Part shown: piece by piece, positions 41,334-50,889 of the stretch
Layout: each line of letters begins with the position of its first letter
Numbering within the stretch: position 1 is the first letter of the stretch
DNA from: Histomonas meleagridis 2922-C6/04-290x
Taxonomy: Eukaryota > Protista > Parabasalia
NCBI GenBank assembly: GCA_020184695.1
Contig: JAANOX010000258.1
Location: 496,001 to 560,000 of the forward strand
Direction: 5' to 3'
Length of the DNA stretch: 64,000 bases
Notes under the pieces: generated by a model
The model's input: only the letters and a program-made list of their open reading frames with translations
Told to the model about the DNA's origin: nothing
Database searches by the model: none
Position numbers and translations under genes: made by a program

Positions 41334-44312
41334 ATGGAACTGTTATCTACGGAAGGAACGCCAGTCGATATACCGCTCTTTGACGAAATTGTTCAGCGCC
41401 TTTATTATCAAGCTGGGACCCCGGTAGGAATAGAAGCACATGAAGCATTATTGAAATTTAAACAAAGATCTGACGCTTGGATCGTTTCCCAACAAATAAT
41501 TTCGTTATCACAGAGTATGCAATCAAGGTTTGTCGCATTGGAGATATTTTATGATGGCGCTCAAAAGTATTGGTCAAGTCTCCCTGACGAACAAAAGCAA
41601 TATTTCAAGAAATTCTATTTCGAACTTATATTCAGATGGAGTAATGAAATGGCTCCCCCACAACTTCTTTCCGCAGCTAATCAAGTTTTAATAATTATTT
41701 TGAAAAATGAATGGCCGATGAACTGGCCGAGCTTTATGCATGATTTTCTTCAAACCTGTAAAACCACTCGAAGTAGTGCACTTAACGGCCTATCAATTCT
41801 CTCAATATTGTCAGAAGAAATTCATGAATATACAGACGAAATGATCACAAGTAATCGACAAAGTGAACTATCGCGCGCACTTGACAATGACTTTACATTA
41901 ATATTTTCATTTATTGAAGAATTACTGAAACAAGATTCAGATATTGAATTAATGAAACAAACGTTGGTAACATTATCACACTACTTACGATGGATTAATC
42001 TCGACCTTGTCATCCAATCGCCATTATGTCGTCATATGGTTGTAAATCTATTTCCAAATCCAAATTTCCGATTTGAAGTTCTTTTATGCTTCGAATCAAT
42101 TGGCCAATATTCGACAGCAGAAAAGAACATGTACCAAATCTTCGAAATTTTGGTTGGTATGATTCAACGAACATTAGGTGAAAGTCATTTCATCACAGAT
42201 GTATATCAAACAGAAGAATATGTTCGTCAATTGATATTAACGTTAGGGCATTTCTTAGTTCTGGATCATTCAGTTTTACTTTTGGGAATATTATCTGAAT
42301 CTGCAGTCATTGCACTTTCATGGCTTGTCCAATTAACTATGGTCGCACAACCCGATTCCTTTAAGATAGCAGTCGAATATTGGCTCAGTCTTTCGAAGAT
42401 ATTTTTTCTTGAACAACATAAAGTCAAACCGCCGAATGAACTCATTTTTCAATTGCAGCGAATTTTCATTCAAAGGATGGCAAAACCGCCGGAATTTACG
42501 CCACTTTTGCAATATGACATTGAAGAAGCTCAACCAGATTTGTATGAAAACATGCGCTCGACACTTGTCTGCTTTTCGAACTTATCACGTGACAGTATGG
42601 AGCAATTGTTATATGAACATTTAAGGAATGCTCAAAATGTGAATGAAATATTACGAGCATCTTGGGCCATCGGAGCAATTTCAGGATCATTTCCACGTGA
42701 CCGTGAGCAAGTCTTTGTGTACACGTGTTTAGATATTATCATTAAGTATATCGAATTACAAAGTAATGAACAATGTAAGGCATTAGTTTGCGGGTGTTAT
42801 ATGTTTGTTTGCTCAGTGTATCCACGTTTTCTGTTTAACAATTGGCCCATCCTTAAGCAACTTACAGACAAGATAGCATTTTTTCTCCAGATCAAATATC
42901 CGCCATTACAAGTGATGACAGTCAATATCTTCAAGACGTTGATCAGTCGCTGTTACAAACCATTACTACAACTCCATCCCGGACAACAAAAGTCATTTTT
43001 AAATGAATGGCTCGATAACATATCACTTATAGCATCCCAAATCCCAATGGAATCGGTTCCAGTGTTGTACGAGTCCATTGCTCTTCTAATTAAGTATCAT
43101 CCGAATCTCTCAGATAAGCCCAAATTTATCTCTCAACTCTTAGTCATCCCTTTACAAAGTTGGGAGCGCTTTAAACAAGAACTTACACCTGATAATTGTT
43201 GTGAAGACAATATCTCCATGCAAGTTATGTTTCCGATACATATATTTTCAAAGATATTATTAATATCCGATTTTGCATATTTTCCCCAAATGATTGAAGT
43301 TGTTAAGCAGACCATTGATTTGTGTAACTTTTATACCTCTGAAATCCATCGATTTGAAGGGCATCCAAATTTAATCCGTACGAAAACGATATTACTTGAA
43401 TTATTTGAATCATTTTTCGAAGCAAATCCACGATCAGATATTGTACCAAATATTATTACATCATTAATGAATGATTATAATCAATCAGATCCAAGATTTC
43501 GATATAGTCAAATCTTAGATTGTTTCACTACATTAATTCTGAAACTTGGAGATGATTCATCGATTTTTTTAAATGATTTGTTTGTTTCAATCATTCAGCC
43601 TACGTTTGATATGATCAAAGATAGTTTCGATAGTTATCCTGATATTCGATTATCACATTTCCGATTATTATCAGTCATTTTATCGAAAGTATTTTCATCA
43701 TTACGTACATTCCAAAGTGATACATTTTCGATGTTATTAAATTGTTTGTTATGGGGCGTTTCTCATCCTGTTAATGAGATATCAACACTTGCATTTAATT
43801 GCGTATCGAATTTGATCTCTGATATTGACGTTAATCAAGATCAAGAATTCAAGCAAATATTTTATGATACATTTTTCATGCCAATTGTTTTCGAATTGTT
43901 CTCTGTAATGACTGACCGTGCACATAAATTCATTTTCTCACCAATAACTAGAACACTTCAGCATTTGTTTTTGTTAATTCATTCACATAAAGTGATTTTG
44001 TGTGGAAATCAAGACTCCGAAAACTTTTTAGCAAACGAATTAACTTTGAAGTTAATGGCTGTATACCCTCAACATGAAAAAGCTGAACTTTTGGAGTTCT
44101 CAAGATCATTGATTATGTACTCAACCAATTATGGACAGTTTAAGGAATCGCTAAGAAGCTTCTTGATTGGAATTAAGAAGGTCTCACCACACGATATAGA
44201 GCTATACAGTGAGGAACTGGCGCAAAGGGAAATGAACGAAATTTATGGACTGGCGGGGCCCGCAGAGCCAACAGAATACTTCGAAGGAGAGGAAACAATA
44301 TCGGAATTTTAA
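41334..44312 (+). CDS. XPO1: Exportin-1 (CRM1)-like nuclear export receptor, divergent
   Basis: A..AL.KFKQRSDAW, LKNEWPMNWPSF, ILSEEI, YENMRSTLV, WAIGAISGS, VYPRFLFNNW, SYPDIRLSHFRLL, VMTDRAHK, FKESLRSFLI. Confidence 0.88.
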   Translation: MELLSTEGTPVDIPLFDEIVQRLYYQAGTPVGIEAHEALLKFKQRSDAWIVSQQIISLSQSMQSRFVALEIFYDGAQKYWSSLPDEQKQYFKKFYFELIFRWSNEMAPPQLLSAANQVLIIILKNEWPMNWPSFMHDFLQTCKTTRSSALNGLSILSILSEEIHEYTDEMITSNRQSELSRALDNDFTLIFSFIEELLKQDSDIELMKQTLVTLSHYLRWINLDLVIQSPLCRHMVVNLFPNPNFRFEVLLCFESIGQYSTAEKNMYQIFEILVGMIQRTLGESHFITDVYQTEEYVRQLILTLGHFLVLDHSVLLLGILSESAVIALSWLVQLTMVAQPDSFKIAVEYWLSLSKIFFLEQHKVKPPNELIFQLQRIFIQRMAKPPEFTPLLQYDIEEAQPDLYENMRSTLVCFSNLSRDSMEQLLYEHLRNAQNVNEILRASWAIGAISGSFPRDREQVFVYTCLDIIIKYIELQSNEQCKALVCGCYMFVCSVYPRFLFNNWPILKQLTDKIAFFLQIKYPPLQVMTVNIFKTLISRCYKPLLQLHPGQQKSFLNEWLDNISLIASQIPMESVPVLYESIALLIKYHPNLSDKPKFISQLLVIPLQSWERFKQELTPDNCCEDNISMQVMFPIHIFSKILLISDFAYFPQMIEVVKQTIDLCNFYTSEIHRFEGHPNLIRTKTILLELFESFFEANPRSDIVPNIITSLMNDYNQSDPRFRYSQILDCFTTLILKLGDDSSIFLNDLFVSIIQPTFDMIKDSFDSYPDIRLSHFRLLSVILSKVFSSLRTFQSDTFSMLLNCLLWGVSHPVNEISTLAFNCVSNLISDIDVNQDQEFKQIFYDTFFMPIVFELFSVMTDRAHKFIFSPITRTLQHLFLLIHSHKVILCGNQDSENFLANELTLKLMAVYPQHEKAELLEFSRSLIMYSTNYGQFKESLRSFLIGIKKVSPHDIELYSEELAQREMNEIYGLAGPAEPTEYFEGEETISEF

Positions 44313-44321
44313 TGAAAATTG

Positions 44322-45143
44322 TAATAAAATATATTATTATTCGCATTATTGTGTAATATATTATTATTATTATGTTTTGATTCATGTAATGAAATATATT
44401 ATTATTATTATGTTTTGATTAATGGAATGAAATATATTATTATTATTATGTTTTGATTAATGTAATGAAATATATTATTATTATTCGAATTATTGTGTAA
44501 TGAAATATATTATTATTATTATTATGTTTTGATTAATGTAATGAAATATATTATTATTATTATGTTTTAATTAATGGAATGAAATATATTATTATTATTA
44601 TGTTTTGATTAATGGAATGAAATATATTATTATTATTATGTTTTAATTAATGGAATGAAATATATTATTATTATTATGTTTTGATTAATGGAATGAAATA
44701 TATTATTATTATTATGTTTTGATTAATGGAATGAAATATATTATTATTATTATGTTTTAATTAATGGAATGAAATATATTATTATTATTCGAATTATTGT
44801 GTAATGAAATATATTATTATTATTCGAATTATTGTGTAATGAAATATATTATTATTATTATGTTTTGATTAATGGCATGAAATATATTATTATTATTCGA
44901 ATTATTTTGTAATGAAATATATTATTATTATTCGAATTATTTTGTAATGAAATATATTATTATTATTCGAATTATTGTGTAATGAAATATATTATTATTA
45001 TTATGTTTTGATTAATGTAATGAAATATATTATTATTATTCGAATTATTTTGTAATGAAATATATTATTATTATTCGAATTATTTTGTAATGACATATTT
45101 TATTATTATTATTATGTTTTGATTAATGTAATGAAATATATTT
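44322..45143. repeat. AT-rich compound minisatellite (about 35-42-bp units)
   Basis: Units begin AATGAAATAT(ATT)n followed by either ATGTTTTGATTAATG(T/G) or CGAATTATT(G/T)TGT; about 20 copies in irregular order. Confidence 0.93.
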
Positions 45144-45278
45144 TTCGCCTTAAATTGTTTTTTATTGTGAATTATAATTATAGTGAAGTGTATTATTATT
45201 CGCCTTAATAACTATTCGTATTAATTTTATTAATTGCAATTTGTTGCATGTCAATTCCATAGGAATTTTGTTGAAATA

Positions 45279-46578
45279 TAGGGTGTTCCACCCCAACCGT
45301 AGTATCTCTTTATATAGGATAGTTACAACAATATTTGTCATATAAATAAAAACACTAAATTTAATGGGTTTTATTTTTTATTAAAAAATATTTTTTTGTC
45401 ATGTCTATCATTAACTAATAGTCGATTTTTCTTCAATTGAATGCAAAAAAATGACGTTTAAAATTTTTACCCCACCATAATGGAGCTTGATCAAAAATCA
45501 ATCACAATATATCTTGCGATGAAACGAATGTCAGCAAAAGCGATTCATATCAAAATGGAGACCATATTGGTAGAAAAATGTATTTCATACTCAACAGTCT
45601 GTAAATACCTCAGACAAAGAAGTTTTAGTCAAACAATGTCACCTAACATTAGTGAACCGATTTTCATTATTGACGATAATGTTGATTTAAAAATTTTGGA
45701 AATTTTAGATAAATTTCCATATGCTTCAGTAAGGCAAATAGCTAAGTTAACAGAGATTCCAAACACTACTGTATATAGGCACCTTGCTGAAATACTTGGA
45801 TATGAAAATAAACTTTTAAAGTGGGTTCCGCATTTACTTACGGAAGATATTAAAAGACAAAGAGTCACTAAATCGATTCAATGTCTAAAGACATTAGAAA
45901 TTGCAAAACATAACAGTTATAAATATTTTGTAACAGGTGACAAGTCCTGGTTTTATTATGATTATTATTATGTTCGACAATGGATACCACGAGGAACACC
46001 ACGAGGTACAATAAGCAAAAGGACTATTACTCAAAAAAAAGTGATGTTGACGGTTTTTTGGAATCCCCACTAATTTAAAGTTATTGACTTTCTTTCAAAA
46101 AGTGAAACATTTAATTCACAATATTATGTAAAATATATTTTATCAAAACTTTCCAGAAAGAATGGTACAAACTTTAAAAAGGACACAAGAAAAATTGCTG
46201 TACATGCCGACAATGCAGAACCGCATACGTCGAGATTCACAACTTTATATATGGACTCCAACAAGCTCAAAAGGGCACCTCATCCCCCCTACTCCCCAGA
46301 TATAGCTCCTTCAGACTTTTTTCTTTTCGGATATGTAAAAGGAAAAATGGAAGGATATCAATATGATAGTAGAGAGGAGGTTTAAGACAAAGTGACTTCA
46401 ATATTATTAAATATACCGAAAGATGTATTGCAAAGCGTTTTTGACGAATGGGAAAAAAGACTTAAATAAGTTATTGAAACAAATGGAGAGTATATTTAAT
46501 AAACATTTCATATTTATTAATAAATTTGAAAAAACTTTAAAAATTAGTGAGATACTACGGTTGGGGTGGAACACCCTA
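45279..46578 (+). mobile_element. Mariner element, 1300 bp, perfect 30-bp TIRs, TA flanks
   Basis: TAGGGTGTTCCACCCCAACCGTAGTATCTC at 45279-45308 and its exact reverse complement at 46549-46578; TA at 45277-78 and 46579-80. Confidence 0.95.
45480..46499 (+). pseudogene. DD34D mariner transposase with three in-frame TAA stops
   Basis: WVPHLLT, TGDKSW, HADNAEPH and HPPYSPDIAPSDF, with exactly 34 residues between the second and third Asp. Stops at 46071, 46383 and 46467; natural stop at 46497. Confidence 0.93.
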
Positions 46579-47009
46579 TAAAGTATAATTCAGACTAATT
46601 TTATTTAAATGTGTTCTATCAAATCTGTTATGGGATTTCTGCATGCAGTTAGATTAAATATTGTTAGTAAACTAAGAGCAGAACTTAACATTTATGAACG
46701 TGAACCTCTGTGCAGTTTTACATCAATATTTTTAAATAATTATAGACGATTTTCAATAATATTACCGATTGAAGTAATTCTGTTTATAAAACTCTTTCGT
46801 GAAACCAATTTCAAGGCAAATTTGCATAATTATTCAACAATTTGTTATATTTCAAATATTATATTTTGGTATCCATTTCGTATCCATTAATTCGTAATGC
46901 AAAATATAATGAGGTTGGACAATTTTCAACTAATTGTTTGAAATAAAAGGTGTCAAAGAAATTTTGCGTGTGTAAAGTATTCAAAAATAAGTGGTTTATC
47001 GGGCAAAAG

Positions 47010-48878
47010 ATGAATACAATAAATTTTCAGCAACTTGGCACTTACAAAGCAACAGAAGAAACCACACCGGAATTACAGGTGTTACCTCCAGTAGATTCCA
47101 CTGACTCAAGTGACTTGGTTTTAAATATATCGACAAATATGCATTTGATATTTAATCCAGAACTTCAATACAAATGCAAAATGATATTAATTCACAATGT
47201 CTCAGATTTCCAAATCACAGGTCTTAACCTCATTGGTTGTATTTATATCCAAAATTCCGCCATAACTCTTCGAAATGTCCAAATCAAAGATTCTCCAGAA
47301 GCGTACTTACTCGACGTCTCAGAAAATTCCAATTGTCAAATAATCCAATCAACTTTTGGGCCATCCAAATTATTTGGTATTGGAATTCATGGAACACCAA
47401 ACGAATTTTACACACGCGCTTCAAAGTGCCGTATTCAGTCATGCAAAATTTTCGGATGTAAAGAATCACTTTTGTCATGCTCAATGTTTGCAGATGTTGA
47501 TGTAGAAGACACAACATTTACAGAAGGGAAATCCGAATTAATCTGTTTAATCGATTTTTCGATCATTTCGTTGAAAAAATGTATTATCGAAAAATCTGAT
47601 TATTGCGGATTATTTGGATTCTTATCAAAGATACACATTAGCGAATGTATATTCCGTTTTCATAAAATCGGATGTATATCTTTACGGGATTCATTTGGTA
47701 ATCGTATCGAAAATACCGAAATGAGTGATTCAGATACATCGATTTTACTTGATAATAGTTCACTATCTATTTATAAATCTCATATCACAAGGTCAAAAGG
47801 AAATGGAATTAATGCACAAATTAAAAGTAAAGTTGAAGTCGAAGATTGTATATTTGAAAATGCTGATTGGCCACTTTGCGCAATTTGTGATCAATCAAAG
47901 GGATTCGTCAAAAATTCAATATTTAAAGGTTCAGGTATGTCAGGGTTCATAGTTAGGACAGATTCTTCATTAGAAATTACTGGTTCCACAATCAAAAATT
48001 GCAGAATTTCAGCAGTTCGAATAAGCGATTCAAGGAGTGTCACTTTTGATAATTGTATTCTTTCAAATAGTGAATTCAGTCTTATAGATATCTGTGATGG
48101 TGGTTTTGGTGTATTTAAGAATTGCGTTTTATTAGGACAATCAAATAATGCTATTAATGTATATACAGGAGGATCGATTTCATGTTCAAATCTTGCAATG
48201 ATTGGTCCATTTAAACATGTAGGATGGTTTCATCATGGTGGCGCTGGGCAACTTAAAGATATAATAATGTCAAACGTTGATAAGCGCATAAAGAAGAAAG
48301 ACATTAATGACTTTGTTCAGCACATCAAACAAAATCAAAGTAACGATACAAAAGTGCCAATCATTGACACTTTTGACTTTGCTGAAAACAAAGGAAAAGT
48401 AACCAATAATCTTTTTGTGGTTGATACAAAATGGAATGTAATTGTTCAAAATACTTTTATTGATAATTTCGGGAAATATGAGTTAAATGCAAATGTTAAT
48501 AATATGCGTGATCCCAATAAAAAATATCCATTGATTCCTGGAAAATGCTTTAAATGCGGAAAAGTAACACAGGGATTACATTTCTTTACTTGTGGACATT
48601 CAATTTATTGTAAAGAGTGTTTGGACTCATTCGGTGAAACACCGAAAACTTGCGATTTGTGTGATTTGCCTGTAGAAAGCGTTGTGAAAAGATTTGATTT
48701 TTCTGAAACAGATAATTTGTGTTGTTGCTGTTATACAAATGAAGTGGATTCGGTTATATTACCTTGTGGTCATACAATATGCAAAGAATGCTCTTCAAAA
48801 TGGTTCCTGGAGAACAATGTGTGCCCATTTTGTAGGGAAACAAGCGTTCAGATAAGATGTTTTGTAACTTATGAATAG
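47010..48878 (+). CDS. Right-handed beta-helix protein with two C-terminal RING fingers (putative E3 ligase)
   Basis: Parallel beta-helix repeats (I.NC.F/I....G), then C..C...CGHSIYC..C...C..C and CCCCY...LPCGHTIC..C...CPFCR. Probable start is 47010. Confidence 0.85.
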   Translation: MNTINFQQLGTYKATEETTPELQVLPPVDSTDSSDLVLNISTNMHLIFNPELQYKCKMILIHNVSDFQITGLNLIGCIYIQNSAITLRNVQIKDSPEAYLLDVSENSNCQIIQSTFGPSKLFGIGIHGTPNEFYTRASKCRIQSCKIFGCKESLLSCSMFADVDVEDTTFTEGKSELICLIDFSIISLKKCIIEKSDYCGLFGFLSKIHISECIFRFHKIGCISLRDSFGNRIENTEMSDSDTSILLDNSSLSIYKSHITRSKGNGINAQIKSKVEVEDCIFENADWPLCAICDQSKGFVKNSIFKGSGMSGFIVRTDSSLEITGSTIKNCRISAVRISDSRSVTFDNCILSNSEFSLIDICDGGFGVFKNCVLLGQSNNAINVYTGGSISCSNLAMIGPFKHVGWFHHGGAGQLKDIIMSNVDKRIKKKDINDFVQHIKQNQSNDTKVPIIDTFDFAENKGKVTNNLFVVDTKWNVIVQNTFIDNFGKYELNANVNNMRDPNKKYPLIPGKCFKCGKVTQGLHFFTCGHSIYCKECLDSFGETPKTCDLCDLPVESVVKRFDFSETDNLCCCCYTNEVDSVILPCGHTICKECSSKWFLENNVCPFCRETSVQIRCFVTYE

Positions 48879-49411
48879 AAAATATAAAAATGTAAGTAAA
48901 CATAAAAATACACACAAATAAATGAAACAAATTATGTAAATATATACAAAACAGGATTTTAATTTTTTCTCATAAAATTAATTTTAAATTAAAAACATCA
49001 ATTCTTAGAAATTTAATTTTATTCTGAATATAAAATAACATATTAGGTAATATGTTTCTTACGTATGTAATACTTAATATTTATCAAATTATTTATATTT
49101 TTTCCATGACTTTTAGGAAACTTAATTAATTATTTAATCGTTTTTCATTCAAACATTTGAAAGCGGATAAAAACCGAAATTATTGAGATAAAACGGTTAT
49201 TTCTGATCATCGATAGGGAAATTGAATAAGATATCTTATCGTTGAAGAAAGTCAGGTCACAAAACTTAATGATTTAATGAATGGTCATCAAGAGCCTTAA
49301 TCAAATCATCTTGCGCGATTCATTGCCATCACTTAGTTGGGTGGCTTGAAGCGATGGAAGAAGAACAATTAAAAAAAAATAATTCTAATTTCAGTTTTAG
49401 CTTTATAACAT

Positions 49412-50539
49412 CTAAATGACTATATTATTTATCAGTGCAACCCACAACATTTGCATTGGTACAAGGAAGAATTGTGACCAGAAAAATGTATATGCAATAT
49501 CATCGAATTGACCCTTATTTACACAAAACAAAATGAATGGCGCAATATCTCTTGGCAGTGCATGAGTCAGGACAATCATTTTCGTGAGGTCCTTTTCCAT
49601 TCCGCAAACCCAACACCAAAAGAGTGCTATGAATGACGGAACGAAATATGATGCAAACAAATACACGTACGTGTGCAATGTGTTTCCGCAACGCCATGAG
49701 AAGTTTTGAACAAAGACTCCAATGATAAACAGATATGAGGAAAATGACGCATTTTCTAGGTTTAGCACAAACTGCTCAAGGAATGGGGGCATTGTCAATC
49801 GGGTTGAGCTCCAAATGACGCCAATGAGTGTACATACATTAATTGGGGTTGCGAAATTCCAAAAAGTAGCCCACCCACGCGATACTTTTTGGGCTTCGGA
49901 ATGTGAATTCGAGTCAGTCATTATGTGGAGATTGGCTTCATGTTCAACATTCATCTCTTCATCACTAATGTTGGAAAGTGGCTGACCATCGTTATGATCA
50001 ATTCCATCCCCTCTTGGTTCAGAATCATCATCAGTGCTACTCTTATGATCAGTAACTTCAGATGTTGAGGTATCGCAATTGATAATGTTATATGTTAGAA
50101 AAACATGAATTGGTGTAAGAATTAAATGTTGAACAATGGATTGGAAAATTGGTACATATACGTAGTCTTGGCCAAATAAATAGTAAACGATGGCAGATCC
50201 GCAAGAAAGATTGTTGGGTGAACAGAGAGTGATACAACACTCAAGGAAGCATTTGTACTTATCACGAAGAGGTAAAATTAAGCAAAAAATACCAACTAAA
50301 ATGTGAATTGTTATTTCAACTAAAATCTCATTGAGAAGAACAATATATGGGTACCTAGTTTTTTGGATGCCAACTTGGTGGAAATATAAACCTGGGAGAA
50401 CAGCTATAATAAGTGTTTTAAAAAAATCATTGGCTTCTGTTAAGTTCATTTGCCTAAGGATAGAATAAATCCATCCAACGAGAGTCATTACAAATGGAGC
50501 GATTACATATTGTAAAGCAACGAGATAATCAATTGTCAT
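49412..50539 (-). CDS. Auxin-efflux-carrier (AEC/PILS-like) membrane transporter
   Basis: Two 5-TM halves separated by an acidic loop; LPGLYF, SPNNLSCG and FATPINVCTLIGVIWS follow AEC family topology. Confidence 0.7.
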   Translation of the reverse strand: MTIDYLVALQYVIAPFVMTLVGWIYSILRQMNLTEANDFFKTLIIAVLPGLYFHQVGIQKTRYPYIVLLNEILVEITIHILVGIFCLILPLRDKYKCFLECCITLCSPNNLSCGSAIVYYLFGQDYVYVPIFQSIVQHLILTPIHVFLTYNIINCDTSTSEVTDHKSSTDDDSEPRGDGIDHNDGQPLSNISDEEMNVEHEANLHIMTDSNSHSEAQKVSRGWATFWNFATPINVCTLIGVIWSSTRLTMPPFLEQFVLNLENASFSSYLFIIGVFVQNFSWRCGNTLHTYVYLFASYFVPSFIALFWCWVCGMEKDLTKMIVLTHALPRDIAPFILFCVNKGQFDDIAYTFFWSQFFLVPMQMLWVALINNIVI

Positions 50540-50889
50540 TATGAGTTTCAGAGGTCAGGCCAACATCGTGCGTAGATTGAATAAGGGAAACTTTTTCATA
50601 GGGGCGCGTAAAGGATACGTTTACCCAAAAATTTCATCGGAAAATTCAGAAAATAGTATTCAAAAGGTTTACAACGTTTCAAAAAATAATTTACAACATA
50701 TCATCCAGATAAAATTGAAATTTCAATTTTAACATTCGGCATTTATTACCAATGGCTATTTCTCACTATGGTAAGAATAAAAACGATTAATTATGACTTT
50801 TCATTTTATCATTGAAATGTTGCCAAAAGAAAATCTTTTTTAAAGTTTATTTTTAAATATTATTTTACATGGTTATTTCTAATTAGAAT

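Noticed and set aside
44322-45143. CRISPR-like array
   Set aside because: The intervening segments are two recurring variants, not unique spacers; the context is eukaryotic and there are no cas genes. It is a minisatellite.
45480-46499. TAA reassigned to Gln (as in hexamitids), making the mariner ORF intact
   Set aside because: Most conserved genes in the window end at TAA exactly where homologues end and have no internal TAA/TAG, so the standard code applies.
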